DNA of 55,538 bases. It comes from Acidimicrobiia bacterium (lineage in GTDB: Bacteria; Actinomycetota; Acidimicrobiia; Spongiisociales; ZC4RG35). The notes beneath the pieces are model-generated. The model was not told the DNA's origin. It saw nothing but the letters and a program-made list of their open reading frames with translations, and ran no database searches. The stretch covers positions 1 to 55,538 of the forward strand of contig JBBDQO010000019.1 in NCBI GenBank assembly GCA_040905925.1, written 5' to 3'. How positions within the stretch are numbered: position 1 is the first letter of the stretch; each line of letters opens with the position of its first letter. Position numbers and translations under genes: made by a program. This document shows positions 20,857 to 32,684 of this stretch, in pieces.

Positions 20857-23019
20857 CTAGGACGCCGGGTCGTTCGCCAGCCGGAAGGCAGAGAACACCC
20901 CGTCGACCCCGCGCAGATCAGTCAGAAGCTTGGGCAGCTGGCCGGGGTCGGAAAGCTCGACCTCGTACCTGAGGACGGCTACTCGGTCCGCGCCGGAATG
21001 GGTCGACGATGCGGTGATGTTCCCGCCGGTGTCGCTGACGACGGTGGTCACATCCTTGAGGAGCCGGGTCCGATCCAGAGCCTCCACCTGGATCCAAACC
21101 ACGAATGCCCCGGTGTGCTCTGCCGGCCAGGCAACCTCCACCGTCCGCTCCCGGCGCTCGTTGAGAGACGAGACATTGGTGCAATCGGCACGATGGACCG
21201 ACACTCCCCTGCCCACCGTCACGTAACCCACGATCGGATCACCGGGCACAGGCGAGCAGCAGCGGGCGAGATGGACGAGCATGTCATCCTGGCCCTCGAC
21301 CACGACCTGGGCCTGGTCCAGCGGGCGGCGTCGTCTCGGTTGAAACAGCTGGTCCCCGGTGTCCGGGGCGAGTATCCGGTTGAGACGGGCCGACACCGAG
21401 TCGATCGAGACGTTGCCCTCGCCCAACCCGACCTGGAGCGACTCGAGATCGTGGAGACCCAACTCCTGGGCGATCGCCTCGAGGTGCTTGTCCTTCTCAG
21501 ACGCCGTCAGGTCGCCGGCCTCTTTCTTGAGCAGGCTCTGGATCATCTCCTTGCCATCGGAGAGCGCCTCATCCCTTCGCTCCTTGGTGAACCACTGCTT
21601 GATCTTCGATTTCGCCCTTCCGGTGCGGGCGAAACCCAGCCAGTCCCGGCTTGGGCCGGCGTCGGGAGCCTTGGTGGTCAGCACCTCGACGATGTCCCCG
21701 GATTGGAGACGTGTCGACAGCGGCACCAGGCGGCCGTTCACTTTGGCCCCAACACACCGGTGCCCGACCTCGGTGTGGACCGAGTAGGCGAAGTCGATCG
21801 GAGTGGCTCCCGCCGGAAGGGACTTGGCATCGCCACCCGGGGTCAAGACGATCACCTCATCCTGGTAGAGGTCGAGTTTCAGGTTGGCGAGGAATTCCTC
21901 GGGGTCCTCGTCGGCGCTCCAGGCGGCGACATCGACGTTGGGGACCCGGCTCATGTCCCCTTCCTTGTATCGCCAGTGGGCGGCGATCCCTGCCTCCGCC
22001 CTCTGATGCATCTCCTCGGTTCGGATCTGGACCTCCAAGGGCTTGCCGCCGGACCCGATCACTGTGGTGTGCAGCGATTGGTAGAGGTTGATCTTGGGCA
22101 TGGCGATGTAGTCCTTGAACCGACCGGCCACGGGGACCCAATGGCTGTGGATCAAGCCAAGCGCTGCGTAACAGTCCCGGGTGGACGGGGTGATCACCCT
22201 GATCCCCATCAGGTCGTGGATGTCCTCGAACGGCCGGTTCTGCTCCATCATCTTGCGGTAGATGGAGTACTGATGCTTCGGTCGGCCGCTGACCTCGGCC
22301 TCGATGCCCGCGTCGGAGAGAATTCCCGAGACCTCGCTCACCATCTTCTCGATGAATGCCTCGCGCTCCGGGGCACGCTCGGCCAACTTGGCGTGTATCT
22401 CGGCGTTGGGCCCCGGGTAGAGAATGGCGAAACAGCGATCCTCGAATTCATGCTTGATCTCCTCGACGCCCAACCGATGGGCGAGCGGGGCATAGACATC
22501 GAGAGTCTCCCTGGCCACCCGGCGCTGCTTCTCCTCGCGGAGGGCGCCAACCGTGCGCATGTTGTGGAGACGATCCACCAGTTTGATGATCAAGACCCGC
22601 ACGTCCTTGGCCATCGCCACCACCATCTTGCGGATGGTCGCCGCCTGCGCCTGCTCCCGGTTGGTGTAGCGGACCCGATCGAGCTTGGTCACACCGTCGA
22701 TCAAGGTTGCGATCTCGAGGCCGAATTGAGCCGAGATCTCGGCCAGGGTGAGCGGGGTGTCTTCGACGGTGTCATGGAGAAACGCCGCCGCCAGGGTCTG
22801 CTCGTCGAGCCCGTAGTCGGCGAGCATCAGGGCGACCATCACCGGGTGGGTGATGTAAGGGTCTCCTGTCTTGCGGATCTGCCCTTTGTGGGCCGCCTCG
22901 GCCACATCGTGGGCTCGCCGCAGCAGTTCGACATCCCCTTCGGGATGATGGGCCTCGAAGGCGTCGAGCACGTCGGCCAGGGTGGCCGTGCGACCGTCAG
23001 TCGTATCGAACGAGAGCAT
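20857..23019 (-). CDS. relA: Bifunctional (p)ppGpp synthetase/hydrolase
   Basis: HD domain LHDTVED, DRLHNMRT, RFKDYIA, YQSLHT, TGS TPIDFAY, C-terminal ACT; start uncertain. Confidence 0.96.
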   Translation of the reverse strand: MLSFDTTDGRTATLADVLDAFEAHHPEGDVELLRRAHDVAEAAHKGQIRKTGDPYITHPVMVALMLADYGLDEQTLAAAFLHDTVEDTPLTLAEISAQFGLEIATLIDGVTKLDRVRYTNREQAQAATIRKMVVAMAKDVRVLIIKLVDRLHNMRTVGALREEKQRRVARETLDVYAPLAHRLGVEEIKHEFEDRCFAILYPGPNAEIHAKLAERAPEREAFIEKMVSEVSGILSDAGIEAEVSGRPKHQYSIYRKMMEQNRPFEDIHDLMGIRVITPSTRDCYAALGLIHSHWVPVAGRFKDYIAMPKINLYQSLHTTVIGSGGKPLEVQIRTEEMHQRAEAGIAAHWRYKEGDMSRVPNVDVAAWSADEDPEEFLANLKLDLYQDEVIVLTPGGDAKSLPAGATPIDFAYSVHTEVGHRCVGAKVNGRLVPLSTRLQSGDIVEVLTTKAPDAGPSRDWLGFARTGRAKSKIKQWFTKERRDEALSDGKEMIQSLLKKEAGDLTASEKDKHLEAIAQELGLHDLESLQVGLGEGNVSIDSVSARLNRILAPDTGDQLFQPRRRRPLDQAQVVVEGQDDMLVHLARCCSPVPGDPIVGYVTVGRGVSVHRADCTNVSSLNERRERTVEVAWPAEHTGAFVVWIQVEALDRTRLLKDVTTVVSDTGGNITASSTHSGADRVAVLRYEVELSDPGQLPKLLTDLRGVDGVFSAFRLANDPAS

Positions 23020-23515
23020 GTAGCGGCACACCGTCCAACATGTCGGCGCCATTCAGGAATGCGAGCTCTATGAAGACCGAGATGCCGATCACCTCGGCAC
23101 CCACACGTCTCAGCAGGCGGGTGGCTGCAGCCGCGGTGCCTCCGGTGGCTATCACATCATCGACCAGGAGAACTCGCTCCCCTTCGTGAGCCGCGTCGAC
23201 GTGGATCTCGAGCGCATCCGTCCCGTACTCGAGGACATAATCCTCCCGGACCGTCTCGTAGGGCAGCTTTCCCGGTTTGCGAACCGGGATGAACCCGGCG
23301 CCGAGCCGGTCGGCAACCGGTGTTGCCAGGGTGAATCCCCGAGCCTCGATGCCCGCGACCTTGGTGACACCGGCGTCTCCAAAGGGGGCGGCCATGGCGT
23401 CAACCAGCATCTTCAGGGCCTTACCGTCGGCGAGCACCGGTGTGATGTCTTTGAAGACCACCCCAGGCTCAGGAAAGTCCGGGATGTCGCGGATGAGGGA
23501 TGTGAAGAGTTCCAC
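22997..23515 (-). CDS. apt: Adenine phosphoribosyltransferase
   Basis: PDFPEPGVVFKDITP, GIEARGF, RKPGKLP, VDDVIATGGT. Confidence 0.97.
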   Translation of the reverse strand: MELFTSLIRDIPDFPEPGVVFKDITPVLADGKALKMLVDAMAAPFGDAGVTKVAGIEARGFTLATPVADRLGAGFIPVRKPGKLPYETVREDYVLEYGTDALEIHVDAAHEGERVLLVDDVIATGGTAAAATRLLRRVGAEVIGISVFIELAFLNGADMLDGVPLHALVRYD

Positions 23516-23536
23516 CTCCCTGATTCTACGGGCGGA

Positions 23537-24502
23537 TCAGGCTCGTCCCGCCCGTTTCCGTCTTTCGACCTTCTGGGCCCTCTCCTGCCAGTGCTCTTCT
23601 TTCTCTTTCCACACCGCCAGGAGAGGCGCCGCAAAGAAGACCGAGGAGTAGGTGCTGGCTGCAAGGCCTACGAAGAGGGCAAGCGCGAATTCGGTGAGAG
23701 TCGAGGCTCCGAGGATCACGCTGCCGACGACCAGGATGCTCCCGATCGGGATCAACGAGGTCAGTGACGTGAAGAGAGACCTCGCCAGCACCTGGTTCAA
23801 CGCCTTGTTGACGATCTCGGTGTAGACCTTGTCGTCTTCGATCTCTACCAACTCGTCGACCTTGTCGAAGACCACGACCCCGTCGTAGAGCGAGTACCCG
23901 AGGATGGTGAGAATCGCCACCACTGTCGCCGGGGTCACCGTGAACCCGGTGATGGAATAGACCCCCACAGTGAGTATCAGGTCATGGAAGAGGGCGGCGA
24001 CACTCGTCATGGCCATCTTGAACTCGAGACGCCAGGTGATGAAGAGGATGACGGCCCCGAGAAACACGCCCAGGGCCAGCAATGCGCGCCGGGCCACAAG
24101 TGCGCCGAAGCTGGGCCCCACGGCGTCGATTGACACCTCCGAGCGCACGCTCCCGGTCACCTCGACCAGGGTGGTGACGGCTTCAGCTTCGACGCCGGGC
24201 TCCAGAGCCTCGGTGGTTACCCGCACCGTCTCCCCATCGTCGAAGAACTGGATGGTGGGGCCGGTGACGCCGACGGCGGTCAGGGCATCGCGGATCTCGC
24301 CCACCTCCGCCCCAGCTGGGTTCGGGGCCTGGAGGCCGAGGCCACCAACGAACTCGATTCCGAGGTTGAGTTGCCTGACGGCGAGGCTGCCCAGGCTGAG
24401 GACGATGAGCACCGCGGAGATGATGAACCACGTGCGGCGACGACCAACGAAATCGATCGTGGTCTCACCCCGGTCCACCCGGCGAAACACGTTGCTCGTC
24501 AT
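23537..24502 (-). CDS. secF: Protein translocase subunit SecF
   Basis: NLGIEFVGG, VGPSFG, HDLI, GYSLYDGVVVFD; ATG overlaps secD stop. Confidence 0.93.
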   Translation of the reverse strand: MTSNVFRRVDRGETTIDFVGRRRTWFIISAVLIVLSLGSLAVRQLNLGIEFVGGLGLQAPNPAGAEVGEIRDALTAVGVTGPTIQFFDDGETVRVTTEALEPGVEAEAVTTLVEVTGSVRSEVSIDAVGPSFGALVARRALLALGVFLGAVILFITWRLEFKMAMTSVAALFHDLILTVGVYSITGFTVTPATVVAILTILGYSLYDGVVVFDKVDELVEIEDDKVYTEIVNKALNQVLARSLFTSLTSLIPIGSILVVGSVILGASTLTEFALALFVGLAASTYSSVFFAAPLLAVWKEKEEHWQERAQKVERRKRAGRA

Positions 24503-25911
24503 CTCGCCGCTCGCTCGAGGCTGAACCAGCCGTGCGACCCCACTCCTGTGGTGGCAAGGACAGCAGCCGCTCGCCTGGTGTAGAGACGGGCGACCACCAG
24601 ATCCAGGACGGTCCCGATGCCAAGGGAGATGGCGAACCCCTTGACCGCACCGACGGCGAGGGCCCAAAGCAAAACCGCACCAAGGAGACTCACCGTGTTG
24701 GCGGTGAGCATGGTGCGGAAAGCGATCTTGAATCCGCCCTCTGTCGCCTCCTCGATGTCGAGACCCTGGCGAAGCTTTTCCTTGATTCGCTCGAAATACA
24801 CGATGTAGGTATCAGCCGTGATCCCGACCGACACGATGATGCCGGTCACCCCGGCCAGGGTCAGAGTCAGGCCTACCCACTTGCCGAGAAGTCCGAACAC
24901 TGTCATCAGGATGGCCCCGAAAACGGTGAGCCCGATGATGGCCACCAGGCCCAGTGATCGATACACGAGAAGCAGGACTACGGCCACGAGGCCGAGGCCC
25001 AACAGACCGGCGACGATCCCGGCCTGAAGTGAGTCCGCCCCCAGCGTGCCCGACACCTTGCGCACCGCCGATACCTCGAAAGATATGGGTAGCGACCCGT
25101 AGCGGAGGACCACACCGAGATCCGTCGCCTCCTGCTGGGAGTCGGCGCCCTGACCCATGGTGATCTGGGCTTGCCCACCGGAGATTCCTGTCTCGGGGGA
25201 CACCGTAGGGTTGACCGCCGGCGCGGTCACCACGTGGCCGTCGAGGACGATTGCTATCTGGCGCCGCGGGTCGCCGACCGGAAAAGAAGCCGCCTCAGCG
25301 GTGAGATCGGCAAAAAGCCCGGCGCCCTCAGAGGTGAGGTCCAGGCTCACCGCCCAGACCGCCGAGTTGGGATCGAAGACCGGCACTGCGTCGGCAACGT
25401 GCTCACCCCGAAGCTCGGCCGGGCCCAGATTGAGGACCTCGAGGGGCGTGGCAGCTTCGTAGAGAAGCCAGGTCTCGGCCTCGAGGTCATCCTCGATGGT
25501 CAGACCGGTTTCGTCGTCGATGTTGGGGGTCCCGGTCCCGGCCAACGGCCCGATTTCGCCTCCTACGGCGTCCAACACGGGTCGAAAAGAGAGGATACCG
25601 GTCTGGCCGACCGCCTCGATGGCCCGTTGTTCGTCTTCCACGCCCGGGAGTTGCACGATGACGGTGTTCTCACCGGAGATCTGGATGTCGGGCTCCTGAA
25701 CCGCCCCGATCTCCTCTATCCGTCGGTTCATGATCTGCGTGGCCACCTCGAGCAACTCGGAGTCGGTGCCTTCGGGAGCGGTCAGGACCACGGCGGTCCC
25801 TCCCTGGAGATCGAGGCCGAGCAGCGGGGTCAACCCGAAGTAGATGACCGCGGCCAGCCCTCCCCACGCGACCGTCAGAACGATGATCAGACCGACGACG
25901 CGTCGGGTCAT
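24499..25911 (-). CDS. secD: Protein translocase subunit SecD
   Basis: LGLDLQGG, VQLPG, AIVLDG, LRYGSLP, YFERIKE, VKGFA. Confidence 0.95.
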   Translation of the reverse strand: MTRRVVGLIIVLTVAWGGLAAVIYFGLTPLLGLDLQGGTAVVLTAPEGTDSELLEVATQIMNRRIEEIGAVQEPDIQISGENTVIVQLPGVEDEQRAIEAVGQTGILSFRPVLDAVGGEIGPLAGTGTPNIDDETGLTIEDDLEAETWLLYEAATPLEVLNLGPAELRGEHVADAVPVFDPNSAVWAVSLDLTSEGAGLFADLTAEAASFPVGDPRRQIAIVLDGHVVTAPAVNPTVSPETGISGGQAQITMGQGADSQQEATDLGVVLRYGSLPISFEVSAVRKVSGTLGADSLQAGIVAGLLGLGLVAVVLLLVYRSLGLVAIIGLTVFGAILMTVFGLLGKWVGLTLTLAGVTGIIVSVGITADTYIVYFERIKEKLRQGLDIEEATEGGFKIAFRTMLTANTVSLLGAVLLWALAVGAVKGFAISLGIGTVLDLVVARLYTRRAAAVLATTGVGSHGWFSLERAAR

Positions 25912-25912
25912 C

Positions 25913-26215
25913 TCAGGTTTCGTCCCCTCCTACACGGGAGCCGATGGCGCGGCGGGACACCCGGATCTTCCCGTCCTCGACCTGAAGGACCACGCTTTCC
26001 TCGTCGACCGAGATCACGCGGCCGTGGATGCCACCGATGGTCCTCACCTCCTGTCCGGCGATGAGCGAGTCCGCCAAGGACTGCTGCGCTTTGGCGCGTT
26101 GGCGCTGCGGGCGGATGATGAACAACCAGAAGACAACGACCATGAGGCCTAGGAAAACGAGTGAGGTCAAGCCGCTGCCGGCAGCGGCGTCCTGCGCGAA
26201 CACGACGTGGGTCAC
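25913..26215 (-). CDS. yajC: Preprotein translocase subunit YajC
   Basis: TM followed by IRPQRQR, VRTIGGIHG. Confidence 0.93.
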   Translation of the reverse strand: MTHVVFAQDAAAGSGLTSLVFLGLMVVVFWLFIIRPQRQRAKAQQSLADSLIAGQEVRTIGGIHGRVISVDEESVVLQVEDGKIRVSRRAIGSRVGGDET

Positions 26216-26269
26216 GGGCTCCTCCGGTGGGGTGAATCGGACCGCGGGAGGTTAGGCAACGGCCAGGCT

Positions 26270-28400
<2,131 letters not shown>

Positions 28401-28412
28401 GTGGGACCGAGG

Positions 28413-29426
28413 CTAGAGCAATGTCCCCTGTTGGCTCTCGGGGACTTCCAGCCCCATATGGGAATAGGCCCTGGCGGTGGCCATCCGCCCCCGTGGTGTG
28501 CGTTTCAGGAGACCGGACTGGAGCAGGAACGGCTCGTAAGCGTCCTCCACCGTTTCCGGCTCCTCCCCCACGGCAATCGACAAGGTGGAGAGCCCGACCG
28601 GTCCCCCTCCGAAACGAGCGATCACGGCCTCGAGGATGGAGCGGTCGACCTTGTCCAGACCGAGCTGGTCGACCTCATATACCGCCAAAGCCTGGTCGGC
28701 GACTTCGGGATCGATGAGGCCCGAAGCCCTCGCCACCGCGTAATCACGAACCCGGGCCAGCAACCGGTTGGCGATCCTCGGTGTCGACCGGCTCCGTGAA
28801 GCGATCACTTCGGCGGCGATCGGATCGACGTCCACGCCGATGATCCCGGCCGACCGGGTCACGATCCGGGTGAGATCTTCGACCTCGTAGTAGTCGAGTC
28901 GCTCCTCGATCCCGAAACGGTCCCGCAGCGGTGCGGTGACCTTGCCCTTGCGCGTCGTGGCCCCGACCAGGGTGAATCGAGGAAGGTCGAGCCGTATCGA
29001 CTGTGCGGTTGGCCCTTTGCCGAGCACGATGTCCAATTGGAAGTCCTCCATGGCCGGGTAGAGGATTTCCTCGACCGCCCGTGGCAAACGGTGGATCTCG
29101 TCGATGAAGAACACATCACCGTCGTCGAGGTTGGAGAGGATGGCGGCCAGGTCTCCCGGTCGCTCCAGCGCCGGGCCTGAGGTCACCCGCATCGTGACCT
29201 CCAACTCGTGGGCGATGACTCCGGCCAGAGTGGTCTTGCCCAGACCCGGCGGACCACTGAGGAGGACATGGTCGAGGGCTCGACCTTCCTTGTGCGCCGC
29301 CTCCAAAGAGATCCGTAACCGCTCCCGCACCCGGTTCTGTCCGATGAATTCTTCGATGCGCTTGGGACGGAGAGAGATCTCCTCTTCGGTTTCGATGATT
29401 GGGCTGAGCAGACTGTCCTCGCGCAT
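28413..29426 (-). CDS. ruvB: Holliday junction branch migration helicase RuvB
   Basis: [34 protein letters not shown]. Confidence 0.97.
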   Translation of the reverse strand: MREDSLLSPIIETEEEISLRPKRIEEFIGQNRVRERLRISLEAAHKEGRALDHVLLSGPPGLGKTTLAGVIAHELEVTMRVTSGPALERPGDLAAILSNLDDGDVFFIDEIHRLPRAVEEILYPAMEDFQLDIVLGKGPTAQSIRLDLPRFTLVGATTRKGKVTAPLRDRFGIEERLDYYEVEDLTRIVTRSAGIIGVDVDPIAAEVIASRSRSTPRIANRLLARVRDYAVARASGLIDPEVADQALAVYEVDQLGLDKVDRSILEAVIARFGGGPVGLSTLSIAVGEEPETVEDAYEPFLLQSGLLKRTPRGRMATARAYSHMGLEVPESQQGTLL

Positions 29427-29430
29427 GTTG

Positions 29431-30000
29431 CTACCTCCGACCTAGGGCTCGTAGGGCGGTCGTGATCTGGATCTCGATCGTGGCGGTCGGGTCCAGTTCG
29501 GGAATGACGCCGTTGATCTCCTCCGCCGAATAGCCGAGACGGTCCAGTGCCTGACGGACCGTGATGGTGGCCGGGGAACCGACCACATCTGCCTCCCTGC
29601 CCGCGAGCTTGGGGGCCAACTCGAGAACGATTCGCTGTGCGCCTCTCTTGCCGACACCGGGAACCGCGGTGAGGGCATCGGCATCCTCGGTGGCGATGGC
29701 GCGGACTATTTCGTCATGGGTGAGGGTGGCGGTCATCGCCAGTGCCAGCTTGGGCCCCACCCCGGCCGCTCCCAACAAGACACGGAACAGATCCCGGTCG
29801 GGCTCGGAGACGAAGCCGAAGAGACTCAACTCGTCCTCACGGACATGAGTGTGGGTGTGGATGACCACCTCTTCGCCGACCCCGGGAATCGAGGCCAGGC
29901 TTCGTGGAGTCATCGTGAGGTCGTAGCCAACGCCTCCCACTTCGACGCAGACCACGTCCCCCCTCTTGGAGACCAATGTGCCCCGCAGGCGCCCGATCAT
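29431..30000 (-). CDS. ruvA: Holliday junction binding protein RuvA
   Basis: [39 protein letters not shown]. Confidence 0.96.
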   Translation of the reverse strand: MIGRLRGTLVSKRGDVVCVEVGGVGYDLTMTPRSLASIPGVGEEVVIHTHTHVREDELSLFGFVSEPDRDLFRVLLGAAGVGPKLALAMTATLTHDEIVRAIATEDADALTAVPGVGKRGAQRIVLELAPKLAGREADVVGSPATITVRQALDRLGYSAEEINGVIPELDPTATIEIQITTALRALGRR

Positions 30001-30479
30001 CGCCTCGCCTCCAGCGGGGCAACCCGGAGATGACAGAGGGCGACGGCGAGGGCGTCGGCGGAGTCGGCCGGTTGTGGCGGCGCGTCCAGGTGAAGGAGAC
30101 GAGCCAGCATCTCCTGGATCTGGGTCTTGCCCGCCGACCCATCACCGGTGATCGCCGACTTCACCGCGGTGGGGACGTATTCGAAAACCGGCACCCCAGC
30201 CTGGGCAGCGACGAGGAGGGCAACTCCGGACGCCCGACCCACCGAGATCGCGGTCTGCAGATTGCGGTTGGTGAAAAAGCTCTCCACGGCGATCACGTCG
30301 GGGTTGGCATCGACGACGACGCTGGTGAGGCCTCGATGCAACTCGGCGAGCCGCTCGGGCATGGGGAGGTCGACGGCGGTTCTGATCACACCGGCCAACC
30401 TTGCGGTCGGCGGGTAGCTCCCCTCCACCAGCCCGTAACCGGTGGCGGACAACCCGGGATCGATACCCAATACGAACAT
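29997..30479 (-). CDS. ruvC: Crossover junction endodeoxyribonuclease RuvC
   Basis: VLGIDPG, AVESFF, VKSAITG, DSADALAVALCH. Confidence 0.96.
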   Translation of the reverse strand: MFVLGIDPGLSATGYGLVEGSYPPTARLAGVIRTAVDLPMPERLAELHRGLTSVVVDANPDVIAVESFFTNRNLQTAISVGRASGVALLVAAQAGVPVFEYVPTAVKSAITGDGSAGKTQIQEMLARLLHLDAPPQPADSADALAVALCHLRVAPLEARR

Positions 30480-30486
30480 GTGTTCT
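30473..30486. promoter_or_regulatory. Putative LexA (SOS) box overlapping the ruvC start codon
   Basis: CGAAC-ATGT-GTTCT matches the actinobacterial/Gram-positive GAAC-N4-GTTC consensus. Confidence 0.75.
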
Positions 30487-30489
30487 ACG

Positions 30490-30511
30490 ACAGTAATGGT
30501 TCGAACCGACG
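30490..30511 (-). promoter_or_regulatory. PafBC/RecA-NDp-like DNA-damage promoter of ruvCAB
   Basis: Minus strand CGTCGG-N10-TACTGT versus consensus TGTCGG-N10-TANNNT. Confidence 0.6.
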
Positions 30512-30556
30512 TTTCCGTGCCTTGTTGCGAATCTCACAGTGCGGGGGCGGTTGCCC

Positions 30557-31693
30557 CTAGGTTCGGATCAGTTCTCGGAGCCGGGGGTGGAGCCTGGTTC
30601 GGTCCGGGGGGTAGATTCGGCCGTTCGGTTTCCGGAAGACCAACTTGCCCCCGGGGTCGCCTTCAATCGACCAGCCGTGTTCGTGTACGAACCGGTGGTG
30701 GTACCCGCACAACAGGATCAGATTTTCCAAGTCGGTAGGCCCCCCGTCGGCCCAATGCTGGATGTGGTGACCATGAACCCAACCCTGATGGGGACATCCC
30801 GGGAACCGACAACCCCCATCCCGGAACCAGAGCTGACGACGCAGCCACCCGGGGATCATCCGGGTTCTTCGTCCCACCCCGAGAACACGACAGTCGTCAT
30901 AGACCGCGGTTTCGATGATGGCATCACAGGCCAAGCGTCGTGCCGTCTCCGAAGCAACAACCGGGCCCGCCTCCAACTCGGCCACCCCGGTCGTGTCGGT
31001 GTGCACGGTGAGCGCTTCGAGGTCGGCGTGGACCGTCACCTGAACCGAAGGTGAAGACTCGTCACCACTGGTGGCACACAAATCGACCAACCCATCCGCC
31101 AACCGGACCGGATACGGATCGAACATCCCGGATTCAGGATTAGGACCAAACCGGTCGGCTCGAGCCCGGATCGCGGTCTCCACCAGATGCAGGTCCCCAC
31201 CCCCCAGCCGGGCGTGGAGACGACCCTCAGTCCCATCCAGACTGTGCTGGATCATCAACCAACGCTTCTCCCAAGCAGCCCGCTCCTCCTCAACCGAAGG
31301 CGGATGGGATCGGCGGGCGGCCCGATCCAGAGCAGCATTCGACAACCCCAAAGCCTCCTCGATCAGAGCCTCTTCGGTGTCTGGGGTTGCCATCCGAGAA
31401 ATCGCATCCACCTGATCCAAAGACAATTCCCCAGCAGCGAAACGTTCCCGAAGCAAAGGGGAATCCTGGAGTCTCCGGGCCACCCCTACCAACTGAGAAG
31501 CAGTCGAATGCCTCAACCCGAACCGAGCCGAAACCCACTGGCCCAGATCCCGAGCACCATCCGCTAGAAACTGTTGCCGGTGGTCAGCTTCGATCAGCCA
31601 CTCACACGCCGCCGCCAATCCAGCCGAAACCAAACCCAAGAAATGGCCGATCCCCAGATCGACCTCATCATTGGAAACCCTCTCCCACTCCAT
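30557..31693 (-). CDS. DUF222 / HNH endonuclease (13E12-repeat-like family)
   Basis: ARRLACDA, RDGGCRFPGC, HHIQHWADGGPTDLENLILLCGYHH HNH motif; start ATG 31693 (leaderless) or 31705. Confidence 0.9.
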   Translation of the reverse strand: MEWERVSNDEVDLGIGHFLGLVSAGLAAACEWLIEADHRQQFLADGARDLGQWVSARFGLRHSTASQLVGVARRLQDSPLLRERFAAGELSLDQVDAISRMATPDTEEALIEEALGLSNAALDRAARRSHPPSVEEERAAWEKRWLMIQHSLDGTEGRLHARLGGGDLHLVETAIRARADRFGPNPESGMFDPYPVRLADGLVDLCATSGDESSPSVQVTVHADLEALTVHTDTTGVAELEAGPVVASETARRLACDAIIETAVYDDCRVLGVGRRTRMIPGWLRRQLWFRDGGCRFPGCPHQGWVHGHHIQHWADGGPTDLENLILLCGYHHRFVHEHGWSIEGDPGGKLVFRKPNGRIYPPDRTRLHPRLRELIRT

Positions 31694-31698
31694 ACCCC

Positions 31699-31722
31699 CG
31701 AACATACGTTCCCCCTGTGACA
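31699..31722 (-). promoter_or_regulatory. LexA box overlapping a PafBC/RecA-NDp-like promoter of the DUF222/HNH gene
   Basis: CGAAC-ATAC-GTTCC (31699-31712); minus strand TGTCAC-N10-TATGTT then 7 nt to ATG 31693. Confidence 0.65.
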
Positions 31723-31726
31723 GAAA

Positions 31727-31753
31727 GGTAAGTATGTATTGACAACACGTACG
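31727..31753 (+). repeat. Left terminal inverted repeat of the IS
   Basis: GGTAAGTATGTATTGACAACACGTACG. Confidence 0.93.
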
Positions 31754-31766
31754 TGTAGAGTATAAT
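31739..31766 (+). promoter_or_regulatory. Consensus sigma70/SigA promoter of the transposase (likely leaderless mRNA)
   Basis: TTGACA-N16-TATAAT followed 6 nt later by ATG 31773, no SD; spacer contains palindrome ACACGTACGTGT. Confidence 0.85.
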
Positions 31767-31772
31767 ACAGGT

Positions 31773-32684
31773 ATGGCAGCGAGAACACGTTCATCAAACG
31801 AACCGGCAGCGTCGACCGAATCTCAAATGACGTACACCCGGTTCATGGAGATCTTCCCGAATCACGACGCGTGTCTCGACCACCTCAAGGAGATTTTCTA
31901 CCGCGACGGGACCATATGCCCGGGTTGTGAGAAGCGGACCAAGTTCCACCGGATCAGGGGCCGGTCAGCGTATGGGTGTCAGTACTGCGGACATCAGGTT
32001 TACCCGACTGCTGACACCATTTTTAACAAGTCGACGGTGAGCCTCCAACTATGGTTTTGGGCGATCTACCTAATGTCCTCGACTCGCTGTGGAATCTCCG
32101 CCAAGCAGCTCGAACGGGAAATCGGAGTCACCTACAAGACGGCACATCGGATGTTCAAGATGATTCGCAGTTTGCTGTCTGATGACGTCCAGACGCCTCT
32201 CAACGGACAGGTTGAGATCGACGAGATGTACGTCGGCGGTACTCGGAAGAGCAGTAAGGGTCGCCTTCCCGCTCCTAAAACGACGGTTCTCGGGATGATG
32301 GAGCGCGGTGGGCGTGTCTCCGCCAAAGTCGTACCCGACGCTTCGATGCTTTCCCTCTACCCGTGGATTGGCAAGACCGTTGGGGAAGGCAGTCAGGTGT
32401 TCACCGACGAACACACGGTTTACATGAACATGCCCAAGACTCGCTTCCTACATGAGTCGGTCAATCACCGATCCGGGGTATTCGTCAGCGGAGACGCCCA
32501 TACCCAATGCCTCGACGGATTCCTGGCGTTGGTCAAGAATGGGTTGAGGGGCGTTTACCACTCGGTCAGCAGCGAGTACCTGCAGGCCTACTTGGATGAG
32601 TACTCGTTCCGGTTCAACCGGCGTGACGGTGTTGAGCCCTTGTTCTGGGCGATCCTCAGTCGTGTTCAGAAGGAGGCGGCGTGA
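31773..32684 (+). CDS. IS1595 family transposase (ISXO2-like DDE domain, N-terminal Zn ribbon)
   Basis: CPGC...CQYC Zn ribbon, GISAKQLEREIGVTYKTA HTH, VEIDEMYVGG, VFTDE, VNH, YLDEYSFRFNRR. Confidence 0.95.
   Translation: MAARTRSSNEPAASTESQMTYTRFMEIFPNHDACLDHLKEIFYRDGTICPGCEKRTKFHRIRGRSAYGCQYCGHQVYPTADTIFNKSTVSLQLWFWAIYLMSSTRCGISAKQLEREIGVTYKTAHRMFKMIRSLLSDDVQTPLNGQVEIDEMYVGGTRKSSKGRLPAPKTTVLGMMERGGRVSAKVVPDASMLSLYPWIGKTVGEGSQVFTDEHTVYMNMPKTRFLHESVNHRSGVFVSGDAHTQCLDGFLALVKNGLRGVYHSVSSEYLQAYLDEYSFRFNRRDGVEPLFWAILSRVQKEAA

Noticed and set aside
18060-23073. Long plus-strand ORFs (446, 532 and 691 aa)
   Set aside because: Antisense shadows of aspS, hisS and relA
30501-30516. Second LexA box upstream of ruvC (TCGAAC-CGAC-GTTTCC)
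   Set aside because: Right half-site is degenerate and overlaps the PafBC-like motif; not supportable alone
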